Below, in pieces: positions 61,754 through 64,000 of a DNA stretch of 64,000 bases. The notes beneath the pieces are model-generated. The model saw only the letters and a list, made by a program, of their open reading frames with translations. It had not been told where the DNA came from and made no database searches. The stretch comes from Limnothrix sp. BL-A-16 (GTDB lineage Bacteria > Cyanobacteriota > Cyanobacteriia > CACIAM-69d). How positions within the stretch are numbered: position 1 is the stretch's first letter; the number at the start of each line of letters is the position of its first letter. Location of the stretch: positions 2,496,001 through 2,560,000 of the forward strand of contig CP166615.1 of NCBI GenBank assembly GCA_041937175.2. The letters are read 5' to 3'. The translations under genes and the position numbers were made by a program.

Positions 61754-62989
61754 GTGAGCGAGCCGAACAAGAGATATACAAGTTCATTATGGGAGAAAAT
61801 TGTAGCTGTCATTTTGGCGACTGGAGTAATTATTTCTTTTATTTACTTTGTTTTCAATCCCCCAGCAGAAAACAGTGCAGCTCTTCCAATCATTAGATTT
61901 CTCGCTGCTACTGCTTCCGGCCTATCTGCTTTTTTATTCGTTGGTGGACTTGATTTAGAAGCAACACTACCCTTCAACAAAGGAGTTGTTCGGGCAGCGG
62001 GTGGATTTGCAGTTTTTATTGCAGTTTTTTTTCTATTCTTTTATGGAATTCCCAGTAAAAATAATACTTTAGTTTCTCCATCCCCTGAGTCTAGTTCTGC
62101 TGCTCCAACCATTAGTCCTTCGCCGCTTGTCACCCCCTCTACAGATAGTGTAGGCGACAACAAGCAGGCTCTAACTACCAAAAGCTCCCTCATCCTAATT
62201 CTAGACGCATCTGGTAGTATGAACACGACTTTTGACAAGCAATCAAGAATAGATTCAGCCAAAAAGGCTGTGGAGAAAATAGTTGAAGAACTTCCCTCAG
62301 AGAGAGAATTTGGCTTAACTGTTTATGGAAATGAAAATGCAAATTCTTGCAATAGCTTAAAAACCTTAGTGGATTTAGGAGATATAAATCGAAGCTTTGT
62401 TTTAAGTCAGCTTTCTAAAGTAGAAGCCATGGGATCGACCCCAATTGCGGCATCAATTCAAGAAGTAGCAAAGACCATAAAAAATCACAGAAAAGAAACA
62501 ACGATTGTACTAATAAGTGACGGAGAAGAAAGCTGCGGAGGCGATCCATGTCAAGTTGTCAAACAATTAAAATCAGAAGGCTATAAATTTACATTTCATG
62601 GCGTTGGGGTTGATACGAATTCGCAAGCAGATCAACAATTGTCTTGTCTTGCGAGGGAAGGAGGTGGGTTCTATTTAAAAGCTGATCCTGGCAACCCAGG
62701 TGGAATATTAGAAGAATTAGAAAAAGCTACATTAGGAGGTCAGTTTCGTATCAAAAAACCTAAAGATTCGAGAATAGACGGCTGGAAAATCACCCTATCT
62801 GGCAGTAGTTCTCAAGACCCAGTTCTTCTTGTAAAAAAGCAATCGGATTCTCAGCTTTGGAGAACTTATCCACTTGATAGTGGATCTTACGATATTTACA
62901 TTTTTATTAGAGATCAGCAAAGTGCTGTTCAAGTTGGTCAGGCACAAGTCATGAAGAATCAAATTACAGAGTTTGATACAAAAAGATAG
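61754..62989 (+). CDS. Membrane-anchored vWA-domain protein, low GC
   Basis: Three N-terminal TMs, MIDAS DASGS...GSTP...ISDGEESCGGDPC. Confidence 0.88.
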   Translation: MSEPNKRYTSSLWEKIVAVILATGVIISFIYFVFNPPAENSAALPIIRFLAATASGLSAFLFVGGLDLEATLPFNKGVVRAAGGFAVFIAVFFLFFYGIPSKNNTLVSPSPESSSAAPTISPSPLVTPSTDSVGDNKQALTTKSSLILILDASGSMNTTFDKQSRIDSAKKAVEKIVEELPSEREFGLTVYGNENANSCNSLKTLVDLGDINRSFVLSQLSKVEAMGSTPIAASIQEVAKTIKNHRKETTIVLISDGEESCGGDPCQVVKQLKSEGYKFTFHGVGVDTNSQADQQLSCLAREGGGFYLKADPGNPGGILEELEKATLGGQFRIKKPKDSRIDGWKITLSGSSSQDPVLLVKKQSDSQLWRTYPLDSGSYDIYIFIRDQQSAVQVGQAQVMKNQITEFDTKR

Positions 62990-63218
62990 GAGAAATTTCC
63001 AGACTTGCAATGACAGCCTAAATAATCCCATTGCACACCGACTACATCAAGTTGACTGGCAGTTACGAGAAATGACTGGCAGCAGGTAAACAGGAGCGTT
63101 AAGTAGATGGTCGTCATTCCCCCGGCTATGGAGGCCAGCACTGATTTACCATGCGCTGCTAGTGTGCTTATCAAGCAAGGTAACAACCGTCTTTGAATAT
63201 CCGAGTTTGTATATCTGA

Positions 63219-64000
63219 ATGACGGGAGAAACCGGCGCGCTCAATCAGGGTTGGGTTTATCAAGATTGGGTCGATCGCGCAGCGGCGGGCCTCACCCTCT
63301 TGGCCTACTACAGCCAACACTATCGACACTCCACAGAACAGACTTGGCGCGATCGAATTTTAGCGGGTCAAATTTTGGTTGAAGATTGCCCGGCCAGTCC
63401 TCAGCAAATTCTGCGATCGGGACAACGGTTGACCTACCATCGCTCTCCTTGGGTGGAACCAACCGTGCCCCTCGATTTCGCAGTGCTCTATGAAGATGCA
63501 GATCTGTTGGTGGTGGCGAAACCCGCTGGCTTGCCCGTGATGCCGGCGGGAGGTTTTTTGGAACATACCCTGTTGCGGCAATTGCAAAAACGCTATCCAC
63601 AATCCAGCCCTGTGCCCATTCACCGACTGGGGCGCGGCACTTCCGGTTTGGTCTTGCTGGCCCGATCGCCCCAGGCCCGATCGCACCTGACCCAACAAAT
63701 GCGCGATCGACAAATACATAAGGTCTACTGGGCTTTGGCGGTGGGTAACGCTCCCCTGGATCAGTTTCGGATTGAGCAGCCGATCGGCAAAATTCCCCAC
63801 CCCCAATTGGGGCATCTTTACGGGGTCACCCCGGATGGAGCCTTTGCCCGCAGCGATTGCCGAGTGTTGCGGCGGGATCATGACCAAATGTTGGTCGAAG
63901 TCACCATTCTCACGGGCCGCCCTCACCAAATTCGGATTCACTTAGCCGCCGCTGGATTTCCCCTTGTGGGCGACCCGCTCTATGGAGTCGGTGGACAACC
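63219..64000 (+). CDS. RluA-family pseudouridine synthase-like protein (runs off the window end)
   Basis: Manual translation: LYEDADLLVVAKPAGL, HRLGRGTSG, TGRPHQIRIHLA..GFPLVGDPLY. Confidence 0.9.
   Translation, partial: MTGETGALNQGWVYQDWVDRAAAGLTLLAYYSQHYRHSTEQTWRDRILAGQILVEDCPASPQQILRSGQRLTYHRSPWVEPTVPLDFAVLYEDADLLVVAKPAGLPVMPAGGFLEHTLLRQLQKRYPQSSPVPIHRLGRGTSGLVLLARSPQARSHLTQQMRDRQIHKVYWALAVGNAPLDQFRIEQPIGKIPHPQLGHLYGVTPDGAFARSDCRVLRRDHDQMLVEVTILTGRPHQIRIHLAAAGFPLVGDPLYGVGGQ

Noticed and set aside
63292..63941. Minus-strand ORFs at the window end
   Set aside because: Antisense to the RluA-like gene, which the track missed because it has no stop codon within the window

Overview
A 64-kb chromosomal window from a GC-rich cyanobacterium. 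The evidence is petC/petA, psbV, psb34, ccmK, nblR and a very dense HIP1 octamer GCGATCGC; the RTX, PEP-CTERM and STAND content suggests a filamentous strain (inference). It is mostly housekeeping: photosynthesis, cofactor and aromatic biosynthesis, tRNA processing, tRNA-Phe and tRNA-Gln. I found no CRISPR array, prophage or autonomous transposase. The most unusual signals are: (i) a dispersed ~142-bp MITE-like element carrying a central palindrome (CAAGGGGCTTAAGCCCCTTG) whose halves also flank it, expanded into a 4x68-bp tandem array upstream of petC; (ii) an HTH-STAND-TPR gene divergent from an atypical Ser/Thr kinase, with a 20-bp-period direct repeat between them; (iii) a cyclophilin-RTX fusion and a 1525-aa DUF4347/RTX exoprotein; (iv) an orphan, divergent squalene/phytoene-synthase-like gene; (v) a solitary ccmK4-like gene; (vi) two probable pseudoenzymes (PyrC'-like, and RluA-like with HRLG); (vii) a low-GC, HIP1-free vWA gene. 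All family assignments come from motif recognition by eye; no database searches were run.
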